Source of the DNA: Leptogorgia sarmentosa
Taxonomy: Eukaryota
Direction of reading: 5' to 3'
Assembly (NCBI GenBank): GCA_964658305.1
Contig: OZ210885.1
Location: forward strand, 18,290,001 to 18,354,000
Length of the DNA: 64,000 nt
In this document: positions 47,801 to 58,911 of the stretch, in pieces
How the letters are laid out: every line of letters starts with the position of its first letter
How positions within the stretch are numbered: position 1 is the stretch's first letter
Notes under the pieces: generated by a model
The model's database searches: none
Seen by the model: only the letters and a program-made list of their open reading frames with translations
What the model was told of the DNA's origin: nothing
Program-made: the position numbers and the translations under genes

Positions 47801-49390
47801 TAATCTGTTTGTTGTGTCTGTGTGTTTCTTGGAGACATATAATGTCTGCTTTCATTGTCCGTAAGTAGGAAAATATTTTGTGTCGTTTTTCGTTATTTAG
47901 AAGTCCGTTTACGTTTAGTGAGGCTAGTTTTAAAGTCGCCATTAAACCGAGAACATCCAACTTTTCCCCATGGCCATCTTCGCTTCACGTCTCGCTTTTT
48001 TCTTCTTCTGCTTGGGCGATGTTAGCCGGTTTCGTTTGGTGCTTTTAGGCACGTTGAGAAAAATTTCGTTCGGGTCATATTCGTGTTCTGTTTCGTGTTC
48101 GTCAGACTCTTTTAAGGTGGAATCGGACTCGTTGTCTGTCTCCTCGGTTCCTTTCTGTGTTTGTTCTGGGGGTGTTCCCGTGTCGTTGCCCGCCTGTGTA
48201 ACGCCGGCGGCTGCAGTGTCCATTTCAGTTGTGTTCGGTGGTGGTGTCTCTGGGGGCGTTGGTGGTAGTGTGTTTGTAGCGCTTTTAATAGGCGCCTGCT
48301 CTGTGTTGGGAGGGGTTGTTGTGGGTTGTTCGGTCATGTTCGGTGGGTTAGGTGTGATGGGTGTATCGGTGGGTTGGGAAGCGGCATCGGTTTCCATGGC
48401 GCGGGGTGTTGCTGTAGAGGTCGGTTTCTTTTGGCTTGATTGGGGGCTTGTTGAGGTGAGGCTAGGGAATTCGGTTTCTGTAATCCACAACGCTATGGGT
48501 GGTTTGATGGTTCTGGGTGGGTTCCATGCGCCGGTGCGTTCCTTGTCACAGTCGGGTGATGTATGGCCGATGTCTCCACAGTTAAAGCACACGTTATTTG
48601 GGCACTCTCGGTGCTTGTGGTCCTTTGCTCCGCATTCGCGGCATTTCGCGTCTTCTGTACACTCCTTGGCGACATGTCCCGTTTTGTAACATTTCCTACA
48701 CGCCTGGGGCTGTTGGTAATACCGCACTCGGACTTGATGTTTTCCGATATATACGTAGGACGGAATGTCCTTCGTGATCTCCATGGGGACTGTTCTTTCT
48801 CCTGTCGCGAGCCCGTAGTGATCGTGGACCAGGGTGATTTTATCGCGTAGGCTGCCGTATTGTTTTAAAACAGTTTAGGTCTCTGTCTTCGTTGTCTATG
48901 GGAAAATTATATATCCTGACGAGGGTCGTGCGTGGTCGGTTGGAATAAAACATTGGATTCGGGTGGTCTAAGGTGACTTCTCGCTCTCTGAGGTTGATGG
49001 TTTTTCTTAGGACTCTGTTGCGTTCGCCATAGTTCTTAAATACAATATATACCGTGTGCTGGGCTTGTATCTCGATACCCTGTAGGGCCTCTTTCTTGAT
49101 GCCACTGTCAGACAGGGCGCGTAAAACTTCCGCTCGGTTGACAGCCTCGTGTGGTTCATCGTGGTGGTCTTCGATTAATTCCCGGATGTCGAGACGTACT
49201 GAGCGTGGCCTTCCAGCCGTGGTCGTGGTAGCATGCATGCATGCTTCCATTTTGCCGTTGCGGCGAGTGGATCCGCGATTCGGCCTTCGGGAGGGTTTCT
49301 CTGGTTACCCCTTGGTCCTTGCCTCGGGCTAGAAGTCTTAGCCACTCACACACTTACCCAAAAGTTTGGACTTCGGGCTCCTGCCCCTAT
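44811..49390 (-). mobile_element. Third Tx1 family, copy with its 5' end (ORF1 about 49250-47942 frameshifted, ORF2 from 47942)
   Basis: ORF1 has three CCHC knuckles (CRKCYKTGHVAKEC, CRECGAKDHKHREC, CFNCGDIGHTSPDC). TAATG ORF1/ORF2 overlap. The 5' junction lies in the U2-U1 spacer. Confidence 0.9.
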
Positions 49391-49481
49391 ATGTCATTAT
49401 ATACGCCGGTTCGTGGCGAGGATCTATCTGTAAAGTCAAGAATAATTTGTTAGAATTTTTTTGTATCAAGAATTTTTTAGT

Positions 49482-49610
49482 TGCAATACCGAGACAACCC
49501 GTGGCCAGGGCGAAGCAAGCTTCAATCCCATGGCCGAGGTCCAAAAATCAGTTTAATATATGAGTTAGGACATTGCCTAACATATCAGATATTAAGCTGA
49601 TAAGAACAGA
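49482..49610 (-). ncRNA. U2: U2 snRNA nt 39 onward, last stem deleted
   Basis: TCTGTTCTTATCAG...GATTTTTGG...GTATTGCA. Confidence 0.93.
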
Positions 49611-50855
49611 AATTTTTTATTAACAATATAGAAGAATTTTACATTGATATATGTTATAAGGTAGGTTAATAGATAATACATCGATAATGGATAGAATATG
49701 GAAGGATTGATAGAGAAGTATAAGGATCATATATGTCAGTGACTTTTATTTAAATTATATTTTAGAATGTTTACTGCCCTTGAGTAAGGAAGGTCAGATT
49801 TTGAGAAGAAAGACAATGTTTGATTTTAAATGTTCGAGTTCGTAATTAAATTCATGAAATCGTTCATCCGATTTGAAAATGTCATTCGGTATTTGATTAA
49901 CATTATACTTAAAAGCTGAAATGTTTTTCATAATGTCTATGATAGTGTTACTGTTAGAATTAAATAAATAGGCATAATGATCTGCAAATTCGCGAACCGG
50001 ATCCAACTGTATTTCATTGCATTCTAGGACGTGAAGTTCGGCCAGGTATGATGGGACTTGAGTTCCACAGAGTCTGCACAAACCAGGGAGATTCATATAC
50101 TCGGCTTCAATATCTTTATGTAAACAACCATTGGTATCGAAGAATAGGGTTTTAGGTATCTTGGCAAATGAATTTTCTCTGGGTCTAAAATCGTCAAAGG
50201 GTTCTTAGTCTTCATCGGAGTAGAGATGGTTGGAGAAGGTGAGATATTGTGTACTTGTTTTTGGGAGGAGGATTGGGAGGGTGGTGTGTTATGGTCTTCA
50301 TGTTGGGCAAGGATTTGTGAGGGGGGAGGGGGTTGATTTTTGATAGGGGGTTGGGTTTGGGGATTGGACATTTTCTTACTCTTCTTTTTCTTTTTAGATT
50401 TTACAGGCCAAGAATTGGAAGGTAAGTTTGCAGGGTCCTGGGTTTGGGTGGTGGGTAATGGGGGGGAGGGAATTTGGGAACAGGGGGGGAGGGAGGTTGA
50501 TCGGTGGAATGGGATGCGGATGGGTGATTTGGTGTTTCATCATCGTTGATGCAGGTGTTAGGGGTTAAGGGTATGGGGTTTGTTTTGATGGTGGGGGTGA
50601 GTGGTATATCGGTTGAAGGTAAAGGATCGCTGATAGGTTTTGGTGGGAGGCTGTCATGCGGAGTATTGGTGGAGCACTGAGAGGAATTTGGGTTGGTAGG
50701 TGGTGAATTGATGAGTGAGGTGGATAACACACTTTCACCAGCGGGTTTGGGGTATTTAGGTGGGGATTTATACACATCATGACGACGCTTGACAGGCGAT
50801 GGAGAGTTGAATAATCTTGTAGCTGGAGTGGATGTATTTATGTCGCTATATTCGT
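49611..50855 (-). mobile_element. RT-less element with a Utopia-type 3' tail, inserted at U2 nt 38/39
   Basis: The tail AATAAAAAATT|TCTGTTC and the adjacent ~70 nt resemble 26388-26470. It carries Pro-rich frames and a CxxC...H...C ORF (49794-50096), with no RT or RLE motifs. Confidence 0.65.
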
Positions 50856-50875
50856 GGGCGAAGAAGAGGAATCAT

Positions 50876-52000
50876 CTATCTCATCATCATCCTCATCCCC
50901 TTCGCTGCTACTTGCCTCCTCCGTTTCTTCCATCGCCGCATTTGTCTCGGATTCATCCTCACCTTTCTCATCCTCACCCTCTTCACCTTCCTTATCCATA
51001 CCCTCTTCACCTGCAGCCGTACTCTTATGGGGGGCCTCCCGTTCTTTGGTCGCTGCGTAGCATCGCTACCAAGGTCAGTAGCAGAGTTAGCAGCGTCTCC
51101 TGTATGGGAAACACCTTCTTGTGGCTGGACCTCTGTTTCTGGTGCAGGGTTGTCAGCCTTCTCCGAGGCACCCTCGCCACTGGTTGCCGTGCCCGCGCCC
51201 TCTACTGGAAGGTGAACACTCTCACTAGCTTGGGTAGAGGTTTCAGTATTGCCGACTTCCTTGTCGGCCGGCACTAGCCGTTTCGGCTCAGAAATGGGAA
51301 TTTCGGCCGGTGGAACTGGCGACTTCTCCCGAACAACGTCTGCAAAAGACTGGGAGCCCTGACCTCTGGATGAAGCGTCAGGAATAATGGCGGTATTGTC
51401 TTCAATGCCACCATCAGTACTCTCAACTGCCGCTACCTTTTGCACTCGGGCTGGTTGGGTCATGGCAGTGGGACAATTAGATCGAGTATGGCCCGTTTTG
51501 TGGCATGCAAAGCATGTGGGGATTTGGCCTGGATAATATGTGTGGCACCAGTGATCTGCCACACGCAAAAGAGATGGGATGGGTGCGGAGATGTCTATGA
51601 GCACCTGTCTAATCCCTATGTGGACCCCTTTATACGCGTCCATCTTAACATCAATAATTCTGCCGTATGGTTTAAGGGCAGTAGTCAAAGCCTCATTGGG
51701 CACGCCATAACTTAATTTAGTCACCTGTACCCATTTGGCTGATCTACATGGGTTGAACTTGACTGGGGAGTTCCTAAATGTCAATCCCAGGTGACAGACT
51801 TCTTCTAGAGTCTTGGTGGATCTGCATGTGACTCTCACCTTGCGGGGGGAAAGAAGCATAAATGCTTCGAAAAGCGCTTCGAAATTACTGGGAACTTGGT
51901 CCCTAAAAGAATCTACGATGGCTTTGACATTGACTTTTGGTTGCCCTTCAATGACAGGCAAGTCAACGTCTGCCGTCCGATTTGCGAACGGAATGCGCAT
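50876..52000 (-). CDS. Tx1 ORF1 protein (C-terminus frameshifted or truncated)
   Basis: KWVQVTKLSYGVP...ALKPYGRI...CFACHKTGHTRSNC. Confidence 0.85.
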   Translation of the reverse strand: MRIPFANRTADVDLPVIEGQPKVNVKAIVDSFRDQVPSNFEALFEAFMLLSPRKVRVTCRSTKTLEEVCHLGLTFRNSPVKFNPCRSAKWVQVTKLSYGVPNEALTTALKPYGRIIDVKMDAYKGVHIGIRQVLIDISAPIPSLLRVADHWCHTYYPGQIPTCFACHKTGHTRSNCPTAMTQPARVQKVAAVESTDGGIEDNTAIIPDASSRGQGSQSFADVVREKSPVPPAEIPISEPKRLVPADKEVGNTETSTQASESVHLPVEGAGTATSGEGASEKADNPAPETEVQPQEGVSHTGDAANSATDLGSDATQRPKNGRPPIRVRLQVKRVWIRKVKRVRMRKVRMNPRQMRRWKKRRRQVAAKGMRMMMR

Positions 52001-52639
52001 TTTAATACTAGGTAGATATATAATTTATTTTACTCAAAAGGGCATTTGAGAAGCAGGCCTCATGCACGCTATTTGTTTTTAAACTAATGTTTATTGTGCC
52101 ACTTGCAATGTGGAAAAGGATGAGAACTGTTGTCTCACCAAAAACGCGGGAAATTTAACACTCTAAAGTAATGAAATAATACCTTAACCTTTCAATTAAT
52201 CTAAAGAAAAAACAAAAAACAAAAACCTATTAATAATTAACAATAATTCCTAGACGAGGACAACTAGCCTCGCAACAAAATAAATAATCTGAATGGTTCC
52301 ACGAAGACCCAAAGCTTCGAGTGAACCTAATTTAATAAACCGACAGCCTCTAAACAAAAAATTTCTAATCCCTGGACGAGGACCAAAAGCCTCAAAACAA
52401 AAAATATTAGTCCTAAACGAGGACCACCTGCCTCGAAACAAAAACAAAATTTAAAGAGAAAACAACTGAGGGTCTCCAACCCCCGAGGATAAGGCAAAGA
52501 AAAGGAGTGTCAGGTTTCAGCCAAGCACTTCCACCTGACCAGATGCAATCAACAAGGAGAAGAAAAAGACCTCCGCCTTAGAGTTACCCCCTAGAGGGTC
52601 CCTCAAACAGGCACGACTACAAAAAAACAAGGACTTGAC

Positions 52640-52995
52640 ACGGATGGACACCACGGAACGAGGACACCACGGAATGAGGACACCACGGAACAAGGACACC
52701 ACGGAACAAGGACAGCACAAGGACAACACGGAACGGGGACACCACGGAACGAGGACTCCAAGGACTGCGGACACCACGGACAGCGGACACCACGGAAGGA
52801 GGACACCAAGGACTGTGGACACCACGGACAGCGGACACCACAGACTGAGGACACCACGGACCAAGGATACCACAGAACGAGGACACCAGGGAACGAGGAC
52901 ACCACAGACGGGAACCACGGAACAAGGACACACGAGACGGATAGCAGGGAACCAAGGAAGCCAGAGCAGGACCATGTGACCACCACGGGACACCA
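52640..52995. repeat. Degenerate tandem repeat (GAGGACACCACGGAAC-like) in the Tx1 5' UTR
   Basis: Directly visible. Analogous GGACAGCACAGGAAC repeats occur at 34060-34200. Confidence 0.85.
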
Positions 52996-53050
52996 GGATC
53001 GATTGCCACCAATTGAATCTTGCCAGAGCAGGACCAAGAACAGTAGGATT

Positions 53051-53076
53051 TCTTAGCCAAAAGGCCGGGAAGCGAT
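53051..53076 (-). ncRNA. U2: U2 5' fragment nt 1-26 (one substitution)
   Basis: ATCGCTTCCCGGCCTTTTGGCTAAGA. Confidence 0.92.
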
Positions 53077-53774
53077 GCCTTCTTCACCGTTCCACGCCAT
53101 CTTTTAAGCGAGAAAAGCAAGGTGAAAAAATCCGGTCCTCCTTCGCGCCGCCATTAGCAGCTGCGGCCGCCGCGAAATCGCAAGCGAAACGAGCCGCAAA
53201 CGTTGTGGCACACGGCGATGATGACGCGTACAATGAATCGTTTGTGCGCTGCTAATTAATCCGGCTGCACGCGCGAAACTTCTCGTGACGCACGCGTGTT
53301 CTCCACGAATTTCTGGCGATTTTTTGGCAGGCGCACGTGGCGCTTTTTCCCATTCGCTGGCTCCGCGACCGATTCGCGAATGGCAAATGAGCGACATGCA
53401 TTGAGTTCAACGAAGCGCGTCCGGTTGCGCTTCGGTTGGAGAAATGCGAGTGCATTTGAATTGGAAATGGTTGTTTAACATAAGTCTAGTATAAAATGCA
53501 TGATCGGTTGGCAGCGCGTGTATGGATTGACTCATTCATTCATTCCATATGGCATGCATATAACAATGTGTGAGTAATCCAATATTGATTGCATGGTTAT
53601 GTATTAGTGTCGAATGACCGCGATGTAGTATCGAGTTACATGTGTTCGTGAAACACGTGGCCTGCAGTGTGAAGAATACATGGAATTGTTGTCTCTGTCA
53701 ATATACTAGCATGCTCGACGACACTTATATTGGCAGTTTTGAGTATTGAAATGAGAATGATAAGATGAGGATAA

Positions 53775-53938
53775 AGGGGACGAGCACGAACGCAGGTCCC
53801 CACTACCAGAAATTATACGCTCGAGTTACCCACATTAGGGGTAATCGCAGGAGTCAACCCAGTCGAAGTGCAATGAAAGGGCCTCATCCTGAGAGGACCT
53901 CCTAGTTGATCAAGGTGCCTCTCGCGTAAGGTAAGTAT
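53775..53938 (-). ncRNA. U1: Full-length U1 snRNA gene (164 nt)
   Basis: ATACTTACCT 5' end, stem I with loop GATCAACTAG, loop II ATTGCACTTC, Sm site AATTTCTGG, SL IV with a TTCG loop. Confidence 0.96.
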
Positions 53939-54368
53939 GACCTCATGGCGCATACGATTACCTTTTATACGCAGCAACCGCGAGGAATGCTTGTGGAACG
54001 AATGCATGGGGATGAGTTTGTCTGTGGATAGATGGATCGATCGATCTCTCGGACTGCACTGTGTTTGCACGTTCCGACAATTCTCGACCCGCATATTAAA
54101 GTATGTAAATCTCATGAACAGCGATGCTGCTTAAGCTTTGTTGGCCAACGAGCAGCTACCCAAGTGTTGAATGTGTTAGGCTGCTTACCATAATTCGTTC
54201 GTCGTCGGTCATCTGCACTGAATAATGATGTCATTATATACGTATCTCTTGCCAAATGCCGGTTCGCGGCGAGGATCTAGCTATCTGTAAAGTCAAGAAT
54301 AATTTGTTAGAATTTTTTTGAACTGATAATGAGTGAGAAATCTTCCCCCAATAATGAAATTGGGGGAA

Positions 54369-54535
54369 GTGGGCCGTACTCGGAGGTAATGCAATACCGA
54401 GACAACCCGTGGCCAGGGCGAAGGAAGCTTCAATCCCATGGCTGAGGTCCAAAAATCAGTTTAATATATGAGTTAGGACATTGCCTAACATATCAGATAT
54501 TAAGCTGATAAGAACAGATACTACACTTGATCTTA
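54369..54535 (-). ncRNA. U2: U2 snRNA 3' part (nt 22 to end)
   Basis: Same as 18117-18283. Confidence 0.95.
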
Positions 54536-55647
54536 TTTTGAGTTGAACGACGACGGGCTTGTCGACTCCCACGGTGCAATGGAGCCTGGACCCAAACAAG
54601 TCGCCGCAGCCAGGGGGGTCACTACAGGTGACGCGGATCGACAGGGGTCGTGAGCCACTCCCCCGTGCCATGATGCAACCGTGAGTGGCCTGAACGATCC
54701 GGTGCTAACCACCTTCACGCCCAGGGATCCCTAACCTAATGATGGTGAAATGGTCAGACGATGATGTTAAGCTAGACGATTACAACATGAGCAGCAACCC
54801 CTAGATCAACACCTGTGCAACCCGCTCGGAACAAGTCCAAGCGAACCACAGGGCAAAAATTGGAACAAACAAACAACCCAATCCGATACAGGCAGTACAA
54901 CCAATAAAGGCGACCGCCAGATCTTCATGGGAGGACAATACGAACCAACATTAAACATAAAAACAAATGTGCTGTCCAGTCCAAGACAACGAGACAAAAA
55001 ACAAAAAGCGTCCAGAAGGCGACGAGAGTACAACCAGTTAAGGCGACCGTCATGCCCCTAGACCACAACATGAAAACAAAGAAAACGAAAAGAGGAGAAG
55101 AGGGAGGAGGGAAAGAAAGAGGGATCAGGTGATAAAATCCCTGGTGAAGCGGATCCAATCTTGCTCTGTTAACGAGCCGACTACGCCGTCTGCCAGCCAC
55201 TCGTGGACAAACCGATCTCGTGGGCAATGTCTCTTGTGCATTCGCACCATAAAGCGGAAGGTGGTTTTGGCTTTCTTCAAGGTGGTGGAAGCATCAGGAG
55301 CAACGTGATCGAAGCGCTGAGCGTTGCGGCTGAGCCAAATGTTGTGTCTAAGTACACCCAACAGGGTGGAAAAAACAACGGGTACGTGGTTAGTTGGAGG
55401 GAAGCCAAATAGAATGGAGGCAATTGGTATTGTGGGCTCATTCGGCCGGAATTTACAAAAAACGGACTGGAACCAGTCGAGGATGGAGATAGTGAATGGG
55501 CAAGAGGTGAATAGGTGGAGTAGATTCTCTTGCTCTCCACAATAGCACAGCGGATCAACCCTCATCCCAAAGCGAACCAAACGGTCAGCAGTGGGTAAGA
55601 TGCCGTGGTAGAACAGCCAAGCAGTATCTTGCACTGACCTCACAAAG
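54536..55647 (-). mobile_element. 3' end of U2-targeting Tx1 (zf-RVT and 3' UTR)
   Basis: HGILPTADRLVRFG...CYCGEQENLLHLFTSC...WIRFTRDFIT. Same 3' junction as 18284. Confidence 0.92.
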
Positions 55648-56527
55648 TACAATAAATCTGCTGAACGTAAATTGGGAAACCACAAAGACAGCTCCATACC
55701 CTTTATATACGCATAATGTTGTTCCTTTCAAAACTGATATGTTGAACCCAATATAATTTTTTAAACGGATAAATGCTGTCGATGGCCGTCAACGCTTTGT
55801 CGCTACATTCCACGAGAGCAATAAATTCTAGCTCTTGACATGGCGTAGCACACGCAGGAACAAAAAGAAGTGTGGCCACAACGAAAAGAAACATTCTCGA
55901 AGTTTTCATACTACAATCTAACTAAAAATGCTACGTTAATGTTCCTTGTTTTATACAAGTGATATTTAATAGTTTAATTTCCTGTCAAACCAAAACAAAT
56001 CATATGTTGAGCTAAAAGCTATGCATAACTATGAGAAAATTCATTTGTTTGTGTTTATTAACAAAAACAAAATTTTACCACACATTGATATTCATTATTT
56101 TTGCAAAATAATTTGTAAATAACATGTTAAAAACTCCATGCATGCAGTGTAATAATTTCAGTTAAACATTTGTGGTGTAAACATGGAATGGGAAGACATT
56201 GTTAAAGATTGGTTATCGAAAAAATCAAGGGACTCTTGCATTACGGAGTTAATAGATAATTTAGTGAAAGCTAGCGCTATACCTTCAGCAATAGCTCAAA
56301 ATAGAACTTTGCTGGCAGTTTTACCTAACCAAATCACACTGCAAACATTAAAGGACTTAAACGTGCCAGAATTTTCAAGAGAACCTCGTGAATTTTTCAA
56401 TCCTTACAGCAGGGGGATACAAAAGTATGAAGACAACAAGTATGAGTTTATTACGGTGGCCCACAAGGGACACGGCTTCACAACTTTAAAAGCACGTGCA
56501 TTCTTCGTAGAAGTGTGGCCGTCTCCC

Positions 56528-56769
56528 TAGAAATACCTGGCCTGCTCCATAGAAATAGGCCTGCTCCGTGGAAATAGGCCTGCTCCGTAGAAATAGGCCT
56601 GCTCCGTAGAAATAGGCCTGCTCCGTAGAAATAGGCCTGCTCCATAGAAATAGGCCTGCTCCGTAGAAATAGGCCTGCTCCGTAGAAATAGGCCTGCTCC
56701 GTAGAAATAGGCCTGCTCCGTAGAAATAGGCCTGCTCCGTGGAAATAGGCCTGCTCCGTAGAAATAGGC
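56528..56769. repeat. 19-bp minisatellite (TAGAAATAGGCCTGCTCCG), about 12 copies
   Basis: Directly visible. Confidence 0.97.
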
Positions 56770-56864
56770 GTTTATTAGAATCGAGTTCGAGCAGAGTTCA
56801 AATCATCAGGAGACTGGTACTAGTATCAAAATTAATTTCAAAATGGCGACTGATTAAATTGAAA

Positions 56865-58852
56865 ATGGCTAAATTTTGTCAAGAATGTGGGACAAGATAT
56901 GCAAATGAAGGCGCAAAATATTGTCATAACTGTGGAGCTGAAGTTCCAGGTAACAAAATAACTTACTGAAACATCAATACATTTTGTATTCTATCTATTT
57001 GACAAGATTATATTTCGTAAGATTATATTTCAATATTATATTATGACAATATAATATAATATATTATTGTATTAAACAGTTGTTTTTAACTTACCACGGA
57101 TTGACGTTTCAAAGGTGGGTGGGTATGGAGAAGAAACGTCAAATTGACGTTTCTTGTGGCATGTTGAGTATGGATGAATGAGTATGGAGTATCGAAGAAC
57201 CAATTTGAAAGCCCAATTAAAATTATTGAAAAACCATATTAATTGAGCTGCACAAATATTACAAGTTTTTAGTCCTGGATTTAAACAGTATCATGGGTGT
57301 AGTACATGGAATAAACCCTAATGCAAAACCACTTGTGTTTATAGAAATACTAGATGGTAACGATGAACAAAGAAACTACATTGAGTACTATTTTCATCTG
57401 GGATATAAATATGAAGACATTGTCAATTTACTCAACATATATCATGGTATTTCTATGTCTGTCCGTACATTAAAGCGAAGACTACTGCAATATGACCTAA
57501 GGAAAAAAAATCTCAATATTAATGAGCAAGAGCTGAGAACTATTATTCGGAAAGAAATAGAAGGGGTAGGCCAACTTTCAGGGTATAGAAAGATTTGGCA
57601 CCTACTTCGTATAAATCATCATATACATGCTCCAAGGAAACTTGTTGCACAAATTGTCCATGACCTAGATCCCCAAGCTAGCAAAGAACGAAAAGGAAAT
57701 AAACTAAAAAGACGAAAATACCTGTCATATGGCCCGAATCATTGCTGGCATATTGATGGTATGGCATTGAGTTTAATTATTTGTGTTTTTGCAGGTCTTT
57801 TGTTCCTGTGCGTTATTGTGAGACTTATCCAGCACATTAAGTGCATGTAGTTAGCTCAGTTTTCATGCAAGGTCCTGGACCTGAGAGGATGATTACAATG
57901 GCAACGAATGAGATCGAAGATATGAAAGTTTTGATTTTTATTTACTTGTTTATTAGGAAGAATAATATTTATTTGTGATTTGTTGTTTTTATTGTCTTAT
58001 TGCTCCATACGGGGCAAGAGCAACATTATAGTACATGCTTCACATATTAGATTATGAAAGAATGTACATGTAAATTCTCAATAGTTTTTATCCACTGTAG
58101 GTTATGACAAGATGAGAACATTTGGCTTTCCTATACATGGAGCTATTGATGGCTTTAGCAGGAAGGTGTTATGGTTGGAGATTTGCAGGTCAAATAATTC
58201 CCCAACAGAGCCAACCAAATTGTATTTGGATTGTGTGAGTGAACATGGAGGATGCCCATTATTAACTCGTACAGACTATGGAACAGAAAATGGACATATT
58301 GCTGCTATCCAGTGTTATTTTCAATCTAACGAGGAATCCCATAAATATGGAACGTCAACTAGGAACCAACGTATCGAAAACTGGTGGTCTCATTTCAGGA
58401 AATCATGTTCAGGCTGGTGGATCAACTTTTTCAAGGATTTAACTGATGATGGAACAGTTGATCTTGAAAGCACTTTACACAAAGAATGTCTATGGTTTTG
58501 TTTCCAAGGTATTCTACAAGCATCACTAAAGATGAAGGAATACTGGAACACACACTATATACGGTCATCGCGCCATGAAACTGTTTCTGGAGTTCCTGAT
58601 ATCTTATTTTATTTGCCTGAACAATCAGGTGGCGTGGACTGTCTTGTTCCATTAAGTAATGACAAAATTGTTGAAATGAAGTTACAACACAATGAAGAAG
58701 CAGAAGAGGAGAGCACTTACCAGGAGTATTTTCATTACGTTATGGACCTAGAAGGCATTCAATATCCTGATAGTCCAAATGAGGCCAAAATGTTATTTTC
58801 TTATTTAACTGAAAAAGCTGGAGATGATGTATTTCCTGATGATGAAAATTAA
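56865..58852 (+). CDS. Three-exon integrase-core DDE transposase (exons 56865-56949, 57345-57758, 58101-58852; 416 aa)
   Basis: Exon 1 is a zinc ribbon (FCQECG...YCHNCG). Exon 2 is HTH-like and ends in WHID. Exon 3 has GYDK...IHGAIDGFSR...RTDYGTEN...NQRIENWW. Both GT-AG introns are phase-compatible, with no stops. Confidence 0.85.
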
Positions 58853-58911
58853 TATTTACGTTCAGCACCACCAGCTCAGTGGACAAGACTAAGCCTTACA
58901 GAACATGAATA

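Larger units (their letters stand above)
33885..48533. repeat. Tandem triplication, 4882-bp unit (33885-38766, 38767-43648, 43649-48530)
   Basis: ORFs recur at +4882 and +9764. The junction has a CCG microhomology. Very few substitutions (e.g. 41880, 44107). Confidence 0.97.
50856..53050 (-). mobile_element. Tx1-clade element, 5' UTR and ORF1 only, 5' end after U2 nt 26
   Basis: ORF1 is homologous to 32377-33651. The 5' UTR has hairpin repeats and GGACACCACGGA-type repeats. Confidence 0.88.
56452..58900 (+). mobile_element. IS3EU-like DNA transposon (left end tentative, right end not seen)
   Basis: TACGGTGGCC candidate terminus, a subterminal 19-bp array, then an integrase-core transposase gene. 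The family name comes from recalled motif similarity. Confidence 0.55.

Noticed and set aside
52517..53120. Cys/Val/Pro-rich ORFs here and at 33840-34330
   Set aside because: They are products of UTR tandem repeats and have no domain signal.
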